Assembly: GCA_043823435.1 (NCBI GenBank)
Contig: JBDRAV010000003.1
Span: forward strand, 96,366 to 160,365
Direction of reading: 5' to 3'
DNA: 64,000 bases
Origin: Candidatus Omnitrophota bacterium
Lineage (GTDB): Bacteria > Omnitrophota > Gorgyraeia > Gygaellales > Profunditerraquicolaceae
Shown: positions 27,232 to 35,324 of the stretch, piece after piece
How positions within the stretch are numbered: the stretch's first letter is position 1
How the letters are laid out: every line of letters starts with the position of its first letter
Notes under the pieces: model-generated
Database searches by the model: none
What the model saw: the letters and a program-made list of their open reading frames with translations, nothing else
What the model was told of the DNA's origin: nothing
Position numbers and translations under genes: made by a program

Positions 27232-28161
27232 TCATATCTTTTCAATTATCGCCTGCGCCAGTAATGGAAGCATTATTTCATGGTGGCCGATGATATAGTG
27301 GCCGCTGCCAGCTCCCTGAACAGGACGTGATACCACGTTCTGCATCGGGCGGTAATGATAGATCATATCAAAGTTTGCGCTAGTAAAATTCTTCACCTTA
27401 TACCCCAGGTTCCTCGACAGGTTCAATGCCTTTAAGAATACCTCCGGCAATATCACTGCTGAGCCGAAATTAAGGACTACCCCGCCGTCATTAAGTCCGC
27501 GGATATTTTCCACGAGTAAATGAAAGTCCCTGAAAGACCCCTCTGCGGCCATGGCAGCGTCGAAAGAAGGATGCTGGTGTATAATATCCGTTCCGATAGC
27601 AACATACACGCAAAGCGGAACTTTATTTTTATAGGCATTATAAAGTAGGCTTAAATTTTTATAACGCAGTCTTGAACCGTTTATCTTTTCTGCCACGGCA
27701 TAACCCAATCCCAGGCCAGAAGATACCCCCTCCTTGACGGCACTGTTGAGGAAATCCGCGGTCTCATGCGCCATCCCGAATTTACCGTCCCTTAACCCCT
27801 CGCCTACGTCTTCGGAAGTTTCACCGTTAAATGCAATCTCAAAATCGTGGATAATGCCAGCGCCGTTTAACGCAACGCAAGTAATGACCTTCTTCTTTAT
27901 CAACTCAATAACTATGGGATTAAGGCCACACTTTATCACATGCGCCCCGGCCATAAAAATAACTGCTCTCTTCTTCCTGCGGGCCCTTACCACCGCGTCA
28001 ACTATGGCGCGTATCTCCTTTACTTTTAATATATTAGGCAAAGAGGCGTAATAAGTAGAAAAGCTCCTTCCTTGAGCCGGTATCTTGGCAAAATCAGCGA
28101 GATTTACCTTGCTTCGCCTTTTCTTTATTGAATATGTCTTTATCTTCTTTATATTTATCAT
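27232..28161 (-). CDS. deoxyhypusine-synthase-like family protein, function unknown
   Basis: 309 aa. AGAHVIKCGLNPIVIELIKKKVITCVALNGAGIIHDFE resembles the DHS-fold core by eye. The assignment is tentative. Confidence 0.5.
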   Translation of the reverse strand: MINIKKIKTYSIKKRRSKVNLADFAKIPAQGRSFSTYYASLPNILKVKEIRAIVDAVVRARRKKRAVIFMAGAHVIKCGLNPIVIELIKKKVITCVALNGAGIIHDFEIAFNGETSEDVGEGLRDGKFGMAHETADFLNSAVKEGVSSGLGLGYAVAEKINGSRLRYKNLSLLYNAYKNKVPLCVYVAIGTDIIHQHPSFDAAMAAEGSFRDFHLLVENIRGLNDGGVVLNFGSAVILPEVFLKALNLSRNLGYKVKNFTSANFDMIYHYRPMQNVVSRPVQGAGSGHYIIGHHEIMLPLLAQAIIEKI

Positions 28162-28172
28162 GCGAGTCTATA

Positions 28173-28200
28173 ATTTTAGCACAAATTCCGAGTAAATCAA
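28173..28200 (-). promoter_or_regulatory. sigma-70-type promoter with extended -10 upstream of the DHS-like gene
   Basis: Minus strand reads TTGATT (28200-28195), a 16-nt spacer ending in TGC, then TAAAAT (28178-28173). There are 11 nt to the ATG at 28161, and no SD. Confidence 0.45.
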
Positions 28201-28220
28201 CTATAATTCAACATTTATAT

Positions 28221-30248
28221 TCAACTATTCAAAATGGCATCCGCGGCAACTATAACATCATCCGTGGTTATCGCTTTAAGACACGCGAACTTCTTGGTGC
28301 AGTTATGCGCCAGACACTCTATACATCCGACCTCTTTATGCAGGACTTTATCTTTTATCCCGATCGGGCCCCAGCGTAGCGGCCCTAAACCCTTCTGGTT
28401 CCTGCCAAAAATAGAGATCACCGGTGTGCCTACGGCCACGGCAATATGCACGGGGCCGGAATCATTAGAGATAAATAAATCACACCTCTTCAAGATGCTG
28501 GCTAACTGGCTGACCGAAGTCTTTCCTGCCAGGTTGACCGCTGGCCGCTGCATATGTTTGACGACGCTCTCAGCCAACGTAATATCCTTAGGACCGCAGA
28601 CCACCAACACCTTGAAGCCATATTTTTCGTTTAACCTGTCAGCTGCTTCAGCGAACCCCTCATACGGCCAGATCTTCGAAGGGCAACTCGCACCCGGATG
28701 TATAGCTAATAATTTATCTGTCTCGCTTATCCCTTCCTGCCTGAACAACTCTTCTACCCAGGCTTCGGATTCTGGTTTCAGTGACATGAATATTTTATTG
28801 TCTTGCGGCTCAATGCCCAGATACCTGACTAAATCCAGGGCATACTCTGACTCATGTTTTTCTCCTGACTGCTTGGTATGCTTTATCCTGTCGGTAAGTA
28901 AAAATCCCAGTTTGCGGTCATAGCCGACCCTGCGGCGTATGCCGGCAAAGAGAGTCACCAGATGCGCGCGGTTGGTAGGATGAAGTATGACCGCTAAAGT
29001 AAACCTCCTCTTCTTAAGTCCCTGCGAGAATCTTAATGAACCCAACCAGCCTTTTTCTTTACCGTCCTTATCGTAAATAATCACTTCATCTAGACACGGA
29101 TTTCCGTCCACGATATCTTTTGTATAAGGAGAGACCATCGCCGCAATATATGCTGAAGGACAGCTATCCCTCAGTGCCTTTATTACCGGAGTCGATAAAA
29201 GCACGTCCCCTATCCTGTCCGTACGCACGATGAGTATGCGTTTATACTCGGTGCTCGGTGCTCGGTGCTCGGTGCTCTGAATTAATATTCTTCTGGCTTG
29301 CCTCAATACGTCTTCTGTTTTGATAAGCTGCATGCATCTTAATGTACCGTGGGCGCACTGCGCTTTTTCGCAAGGACGACAGAAGATATCTTTTTTTACT
29401 ACCGAATATAAGCGTGACCGGGGGCCGTATTTTCTTTCATTGGTCGGTCCGAAAACCGCCACAACCGGCGTATCCAGGTAACTTGCCAGGTGAAGCGTGG
29501 CGCTATCATTGGTAACCACGAGCGCGGATTTTCTCAGTAAAGAGGCAAGCTGCGCAATATTCGTCTTTGCGCTTAGATCCAAAAGGGGATATCGCGTATG
29601 CCCGGCTATGTATTTGTTGACCGGCGCGTCATCATTATCGCCGACCAAAACCACTTTGACTTTAAGCTCTTCTATTAAAGACTCGATTAACTGCGCGAAT
29701 TTATCCTGCTCCCATCTTTTTATATGGCTCCTGGCTCCGGCAGCAATAACGACTATCCTTTCCTGCCCGGTAATATTATTTTCCTTAAGAATATCTATAA
29801 TATATCTTTCATCTTCAGGCTTAACGCATAAAGACACCTGTTTAGTTTTATCATAAAGTCTCAACTTGAGTTTTAGCACCCTGTACAGGTGTCTATCTCT
29901 CATATGCATTATGCATTTTGGAATAACCAGAAGAGGGGAAGTCTTATCTCTGGCAGGTAACAACGCCCCGAAAAGACTGTTACGCATATCCGCGATGATG
30001 TCAAAGCCTTCAACTTTAAGCGCATTAAATAATTTTATCTTCTCCCTTAATGAAGAACGCTTATCGTAAATAATAAGCCTCTTAATATGGGGATTATCCC
30101 GGAATATATCTTTTGTGCGAACCCCGGATACTACCGTGACCTCTGACCCGGAGAAATTATCCACCAGGGTATCCAGGACCGGTAAAGTAAGGATGCAGTC
30201 GCCTATATTGCTTAAAGTAATAAAGAGTACCTTATTAACCATACCCAT
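28221..30248 (-). CDS. tandem glycosyltransferase family 9 (two heptosyltransferase-like modules in one ORF)
   Basis: 675 aa. Two GT9-type N-terminal motifs (VLFITLSNIGDCILTLP and ILIVRTDRIGDVLLSTP) and two C-terminal SNDSGPxH-like motifs. The modules are joined by a heptamer-repeat-encoded linker. Confidence 0.8.
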   Translation of the reverse strand: MGMVNKVLFITLSNIGDCILTLPVLDTLVDNFSGSEVTVVSGVRTKDIFRDNPHIKRLIIYDKRSSLREKIKLFNALKVEGFDIIADMRNSLFGALLPARDKTSPLLVIPKCIMHMRDRHLYRVLKLKLRLYDKTKQVSLCVKPEDERYIIDILKENNITGQERIVVIAAGARSHIKRWEQDKFAQLIESLIEELKVKVVLVGDNDDAPVNKYIAGHTRYPLLDLSAKTNIAQLASLLRKSALVVTNDSATLHLASYLDTPVVAVFGPTNERKYGPRSRLYSVVKKDIFCRPCEKAQCAHGTLRCMQLIKTEDVLRQARRILIQSTEHRAPSTEYKRILIVRTDRIGDVLLSTPVIKALRDSCPSAYIAAMVSPYTKDIVDGNPCLDEVIIYDKDGKEKGWLGSLRFSQGLKKRRFTLAVILHPTNRAHLVTLFAGIRRRVGYDRKLGFLLTDRIKHTKQSGEKHESEYALDLVRYLGIEPQDNKIFMSLKPESEAWVEELFRQEGISETDKLLAIHPGASCPSKIWPYEGFAEAADRLNEKYGFKVLVVCGPKDITLAESVVKHMQRPAVNLAGKTSVSQLASILKRCDLFISNDSGPVHIAVAVGTPVISIFGRNQKGLGPLRWGPIGIKDKVLHKEVGCIECLAHNCTKKFACLKAITTDDVIVAADAILNS
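29247..29274. repeat. (CTCGGTG)x4 tandem heptamer inside the tandem-GT9 ORF
   Basis: Four perfect copies, 29247-29274, followed by a partial ctc. They encode STEHRAPSTE in the inter-module linker. Confidence 0.9.
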
Positions 30249-30254
30249 ATCTTT

Positions 30255-30334
30255 GCACCGTCTGCCAATTCAATCTCGTACCCGGTGCGAGATTAGAAAC
30301 AAAGCAGGTACCCGATTACCTCGGCACCAGGTAC
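30255..30334. repeat. degenerate 23-nt-periodic array, 4 units, related to GCACCWGGTGC
   Basis: Unit starts at 30255, 30278, 30301 and 30324. Cores read gcaccgtctgc / gtacccggtgc / aaagcaggtac / gcaccaggtac. The 12-mer caatctcgtacc is shared with 57554-57565. Confidence 0.6.
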
Positions 30335-30338
30335 TATC

Positions 30339-31367
30339 TTATAGACTCTTAACTTTTTCTAATACCTCATCGGGCGTGATCGCCTTCATACAGCGGTTGT
30401 CTTTGCAATTAACCACGTAGCAAGGTATCTTGCAGCCAACGTCTTTGGATAAAATAGTCGTGTTCTTTAAAGGGTACGGCCCGGTTATTAGCGGGGAAGT
30501 CGGACCGAATAAAGCGATAATCTTTTTGGCGCCTACGGCGTTAGCAATATGTAGTGGCCCAGTATCCGCGGTGATGAATAAATCCAGCCTCTTGCACAGA
30601 GCACCTAACTGCTTAAGGTTAAAGACGCCGCTGGCTATGATGGGCTTTGCCTTCATCATATCTTTTATCTTATGGGCGAGGGAGATATCGGCATAACCTC
30701 CCGTAATGATGACCTTTGCACCTAATTCTGATATCAATCTATCCGCCAATATAGCCCAGTAATCTTGTGGCCAGCGCTTGGGCATCCAGTTTCCTCCGGG
30801 GTTTATCCCCACCAGGAGATCATCCTTAGTCACTGACTTTCTGTTCAAAAAATCATTCACGAAGTTTACGTCCACATCTTCTATGAAGAACTCCAAATAC
30901 CTGTCTTCTGCTTTTAAGCCTGCCTTCTCAATAATATTCAGGTAATAATCTATGCGGTGCAGGGCGTCCCTGTCAACCGGTTTAAGCGAACCGGTGAGAA
31001 GAAAACCGCGCTTTTTGGTGCGGTAACCGATCCTCTCGGTGATACCCGCGAGGCGGCAGATGAGCGCCCGCGTAAGTGAACCGTGTAATAAAAATACGGA
31101 ATCAAACTTCCTCCTCTTGAGGAACCTTATAAACTCAATCTTACTCATGATGCCCCTGTGACGCTCCCTTTCATCAAAGATAATTATCTCGTCTAAATAA
31201 GGACTACCTTTCAGGACAGGGTAGCATCGCCCGGGTAAGGCGCAGGCGATAAAGCTGTCCGGGTAATTACGCCGGATATTCCTGATTACGGCGGTAGAAA
31301 ATAAGACATCCCCCAGCCAGTTGACGTTAAAAATAAGTATCTTCTTCCTGTGCCGCTTCTCTTTCAT
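30339..31367 (-). CDS. glycosyltransferase family 9 (heptosyltransferase-like)
   Basis: 342 aa. ILIFNVNWLGDVLFST and TADTGPLHIA motifs. Confidence 0.85.
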   Translation of the reverse strand: MKEKRHRKKILIFNVNWLGDVLFSTAVIRNIRRNYPDSFIACALPGRCYPVLKGSPYLDEIIIFDERERHRGIMSKIEFIRFLKRRKFDSVFLLHGSLTRALICRLAGITERIGYRTKKRGFLLTGSLKPVDRDALHRIDYYLNIIEKAGLKAEDRYLEFFIEDVDVNFVNDFLNRKSVTKDDLLVGINPGGNWMPKRWPQDYWAILADRLISELGAKVIITGGYADISLAHKIKDMMKAKPIIASGVFNLKQLGALCKRLDLFITADTGPLHIANAVGAKKIIALFGPTSPLITGPYPLKNTTILSKDVGCKIPCYVVNCKDNRCMKAITPDEVLEKVKSL

Positions 31368-32152
31368 TATTTATGGCGGTGCTCCCGCATAAAATTATAA
31401 TACCCGTTCGTCTCCGCCCAGAAGACAAACAGGTTACGCGCATTCGAGGATATCCTCAACCTCTTCAGGGCGAATATGTCGTCATCGGAGAATTCTTTAC
31501 CGGGGTTGGTGGCTACGGCTAACTTGTATCCCGCTTCCATAACCAACTGTTTTATCCTGTCATTAAACCTGCCTTCCGGATAACTGAAGGCATTGATCGG
31601 CCGGCCTAACTTATCTTCCAGTATCCTCTTGGAACCAAAGATCTGTCCCCTTATCTCCTCTTCAGATTTTATATTAACCAACGGTTCCGGCCCGAAGGTA
31701 TGGCTACCAAAGGTAATGATACCCGAATCCCGCATCTCATTGATCTCTTTCCAGCTTAGCCTGTCCGGCCTACCCACTTCGTCAATAATGATAAAGATCG
31801 TTGCGGGAAGGTTATATTTCTTTAGTATGGGAAAGGCATAAATATAATTATCCTTGTACCCGTCGTCAAAGGTTATGCTGACTGTCTTATGGGGGACCCT
31901 CTTTCCTTCTTCGATCAAAGCGGCGATAGGCTCAAGAGAGAGCACATTGTAATTATTATTTTTAAGGAAACGCATCTGGCGCTCAAAGGTCTCAGGAGTC
32001 AGCGCAAGCCTGTTTTGCGGCAGGGCATGCGGGTCAACCGAATGGTACATTGCTATAGGCACGGTATAATTGCCATATATAAAGACCGCCGAGGAACCCA
32101 ATGCAAAAATAAGCAGGGCAAAAAGGACAATTAAGAATCTGCGTTTAAACAT
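31367..32152 (-). CDS. polysaccharide deacetylase (CE4/NodB family)
   Basis: 261 aa. N-terminal TM helix and the TFDDGY motif. Confidence 0.85.
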   Translation of the reverse strand: MFKRRFLIVLFALLIFALGSSAVFIYGNYTVPIAMYHSVDPHALPQNRLALTPETFERQMRFLKNNNYNVLSLEPIAALIEEGKRVPHKTVSITFDDGYKDNYIYAFPILKKYNLPATIFIIIDEVGRPDRLSWKEINEMRDSGIITFGSHTFGPEPLVNIKSEEEIRGQIFGSKRILEDKLGRPINAFSYPEGRFNDRIKQLVMEAGYKLAVATNPGKEFSDDDIFALKRLRISSNARNLFVFWAETNGYYNFMREHRHK

Positions 32153-33222
32153 TCCAGGTACACCTCCTCTGTTTCCCGGGCCATCTTCTCCTGAGAGAAA
32201 TTACCCTTAATGAAAGCGGCGGCGTTTCCTCCGAGCCGCCTTGCCTCCCCGGTATTTTGCAGTAATTCCAATATCGCGCGGGATAATCCCCGGCTGTCAG
32301 CCGCAGCGACCAGTAAACCGTTATCCTTATCCCGGATAAGACTCTTTATACCCCCTGCATCCGAACCGATAACAGCAATCCCGCAAGCCATTGCCTCCAT
32401 TAAAGCAAGGCCCAGGCCCTCTTTTGTAGAAGGAAGCACAAATAAATCCATGGCAGATAATGCCTCCCGCGTATCCATTACCGTCGGAAGAAAAACCACG
32501 CTCTTATCCAGCCCAACATCTCTGGCTAAACCCGCCAATCCCTCCTTCGTCCTGCCCTCTCCGACTATAAATAATTGCACTGCGGGGATCCTGGCGATAA
32601 CCCCCTGCATGGCTTCAATAAGATAGGCATGCCCCTTCTCTTCAGAAAGCCTGGCAACTATACCTACCACCGGGCCATCGCCTAACCCTAATCTTCTTTT
32701 CGCGTTGACTCTGGACTCCAAACTCGTAACTGCGAACTTTTCCACATCTATCCCGTTATGTATAACCGCGATATCATCTTCCCTTACCCAGAGATCCCTG
32801 ATCAGGTGCTCTTTCACGGGCTGGCTTATGGCTATAACCTTTCTCCCCCAAGATGGGAAAATCTTACGTAAAAGCCTCTTTTTAAAGAAACCATGGCAGG
32901 TCGAAATATATGGCCTTCCTAACATGCAGCTTAATACCTGTGTCACGCGCGTATTCGCATGGATGATATCTATCTTCTTATCTTTTAGATATCCGGATAA
33001 TTTAAACCTGCTGAGCAAAATCTTGTAACTCGCCTCTGATTTTGTCCTTATGGGTATAGGCAGGTATTCTATGCCATTTTCAATGAACCTATAGAGGAGA
33101 TCTCCTTTGCTTGAGGCTATATAGACATCGTGGCCCCGCTTCTTCATACCGCAGGCAAGGGTCAGGATATAGCTGGTTATGCCGCCAGTATTAAGATGAT
33201 TGGTCAAATAAAGTATCTTCAT
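32131..33222 (-). CDS. glycosyltransferase family 4
   Basis: 363 aa. GT-B fold type with N-terminal GGITSY and a C-terminal EGLGLALMEAMACG motif. Confidence 0.85.
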   Translation of the reverse strand: MKILYLTNHLNTGGITSYILTLACGMKKRGHDVYIASSKGDLLYRFIENGIEYLPIPIRTKSEASYKILLSRFKLSGYLKDKKIDIIHANTRVTQVLSCMLGRPYISTCHGFFKKRLLRKIFPSWGRKVIAISQPVKEHLIRDLWVREDDIAVIHNGIDVEKFAVTSLESRVNAKRRLGLGDGPVVGIVARLSEEKGHAYLIEAMQGVIARIPAVQLFIVGEGRTKEGLAGLARDVGLDKSVVFLPTVMDTREALSAMDLFVLPSTKEGLGLALMEAMACGIAVIGSDAGGIKSLIRDKDNGLLVAAADSRGLSRAILELLQNTGEARRLGGNAAAFIKGNFSQEKMARETEEVYLECLNADS

Positions 33223-35324
33223 CCCGCTGCCTGTTTACCTAACAGTTTATATATCGCCTCTAATACCTCTTCAGGTTTTATTGATTCCATGCACTCTATA
33301 GTTTTACAGCGTGACCTATAACAGGGGGCACAATCCAGACCCTTCTTGAGCACCACGCATTCTTTCGCCTTCGGTAGGTGCCGCCCGGACTCAGTGGCAC
33401 CGAAGAGGGCAACGAAAGGCACCTTTTGGCTAACCGCCACATGCAGGGGCGCCGAATCGGGAGAAATAAAAACGGAACACCGCTTAATCAGGCATGCCAG
33501 CTGATTCACCGTAGTCTTGCCGCAGGCATTGATTATCTTTATATTCTTGAGCTTGCTGGTCAATGCATTAGCTGCGTTTATATCTTTTTCCGTACCGGTG
33601 ATCAAAACCCTGAATTCCCTACGGGCTAATTCCTCGGATAGCCTTGCGATATGATGCAACGGCCAGTTTTTAGTCGGCCACTTGGAACTTGCGCTTATAT
33701 TGATACCTATGAGCACCTGATTGTCGCTTAACCATTCCGATTTAAGAAAATCATCAACGTATTTTTCGTCCTGCGGGGACGGCCAAAGTTCAAGCATTGC
33801 GTCTTTCTGTTCTATGCCAAGCATCTTTAATATCCTGAACTGATGCTCTACGGGGTTGATAAGGGGGCGTTCGTCTTTTATGCGCCTATTGAGCAGAAAA
33901 CCAAACTTTTTATTATCGTATCCGTAACGCTTTAAGGCCAGGCTTAAAAAAGAAAGTATATGGCTCTTACGGTTATTCTGCAAATCTATGACTATATCAA
34001 AATCATTCTTTCTCAGCGTCGCGGCTAACCTGAGAAGCCCCCGCACGCCTTTATCCCTGTTTTTAAAGTCGCAAACCAGCAGTTCATCTATGTAGGGGCA
34101 ATTTAAAAGCAGGTCCCTTGATTCTTCGCTTACCAAGAAGTTGATCTTATGATTACGGCGGAACTTCTCCATTATCGCCCTAATGGCGGCAGTAGAAAGG
34201 ATAATATCCCCAAGAGAGCTGAATTTAATGATCAGAATCTTGAAATTACTGAGCGCCTCTTTATAAACATCAAGCGTGCTGCGCGCCATAAGCTCTAGAT
34301 TATATTTTTCCTTTACTTTCTTATAGGCGTTCTCCGCCAGCTTGCGGCCTAATTGCGGATCCCTGAATATCTTTATCGCGGCATCCGCAATACTCGCCGG
34401 GTCAGCAGAAGGAACAAGCAGGCCTGTCTTCTGGTCATCTATGATATCGACTACGCCCCCTACACGTGTAGCTACTACCGGAACACCGCATGCCTGTGCC
34501 TCCACGATCACTCTACCGAATGCCTCATGCGTGGTAGTCGCAAGTACCAGAAGATCAAGGTGCGCCAATATCCCGGGGATATCCCTCTGGTTCCCGAGGA
34601 ATTGCGTACAGTGCCACAGACCCAGACGTTTTACCAAAACCTGTACATGCTCTTTGTAGGCCTCTTTGGAGCCAGGGGCATCACCTACTATCCATACTTT
34701 CAGGCGCGGCACGCTCCTTGCGACATAAGCCATCGCCTTTATAAAATGCGGGTGACCTTTGATAGGGGTAATCCTCCCGACTATCCCCACGTTAAATTCA
34801 TCTTTTCTTTTCTCTTCGGGGCTGATATATTTGAATTTCTCAAGGTCAACGCTGCGTGGGATTAACCTGATGCGCTCGTGGGGGACGTCGAAATCTTCTA
34901 TCATATGCCGGACGATCACATTACTTAAAGCAATCACCCTCCTGCCCCATCCCATAACGTAACTGAATGGGTGTTTCTTATAATAACCATGGCAGGTAGT
35001 AATAAATGGTCTGCCCGTTTTACGGCAGGCGAAATATGCGATCCAGGCAGGGACGCGGGAGCGCGCGTGGACAATATCAATCTCTTCTTTCCTGATAATC
35101 GCGGATAATTTCGGTATCATCCTGAGCATGGTAAATATGGATTTCTTGTGCACCGGCAACTGGTAATGAATCGCTCCATAGGACTCAAGTTCCTTTACCA
35201 TGGCCCCGCCGTTCGAGACCACCACAGCCTTATGGCCGTTCTTGACTAAATACCTGGCCAGGTCAATGGTCCCGGTCTCGACTCCGCCTATATTGAGTTG
35301 TGGCAATATCTGTAAGATATTCAT
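33219..35324 (-). CDS. GT4-GT9 fusion glycosyltransferase
   Basis: 701 aa. N-terminal GT4 (GGVETGTIDL ... EAFGRVIVEAQACG), then directly a GT9 module (ILIIKFSSLGDIILST ... SPDSAPLHVA). Confidence 0.8.
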   Translation of the reverse strand: MNILQILPQLNIGGVETGTIDLARYLVKNGHKAVVVSNGGAMVKELESYGAIHYQLPVHKKSIFTMLRMIPKLSAIIRKEEIDIVHARSRVPAWIAYFACRKTGRPFITTCHGYYKKHPFSYVMGWGRRVIALSNVIVRHMIEDFDVPHERIRLIPRSVDLEKFKYISPEEKRKDEFNVGIVGRITPIKGHPHFIKAMAYVARSVPRLKVWIVGDAPGSKEAYKEHVQVLVKRLGLWHCTQFLGNQRDIPGILAHLDLLVLATTTHEAFGRVIVEAQACGVPVVATRVGGVVDIIDDQKTGLLVPSADPASIADAAIKIFRDPQLGRKLAENAYKKVKEKYNLELMARSTLDVYKEALSNFKILIIKFSSLGDIILSTAAIRAIMEKFRRNHKINFLVSEESRDLLLNCPYIDELLVCDFKNRDKGVRGLLRLAATLRKNDFDIVIDLQNNRKSHILSFLSLALKRYGYDNKKFGFLLNRRIKDERPLINPVEHQFRILKMLGIEQKDAMLELWPSPQDEKYVDDFLKSEWLSDNQVLIGINISASSKWPTKNWPLHHIARLSEELARREFRVLITGTEKDINAANALTSKLKNIKIINACGKTTVNQLACLIKRCSVFISPDSAPLHVAVSQKVPFVALFGATESGRHLPKAKECVVLKKGLDCAPCYRSRCKTIECMESIKPEEVLEAIYKLLGKQAAG

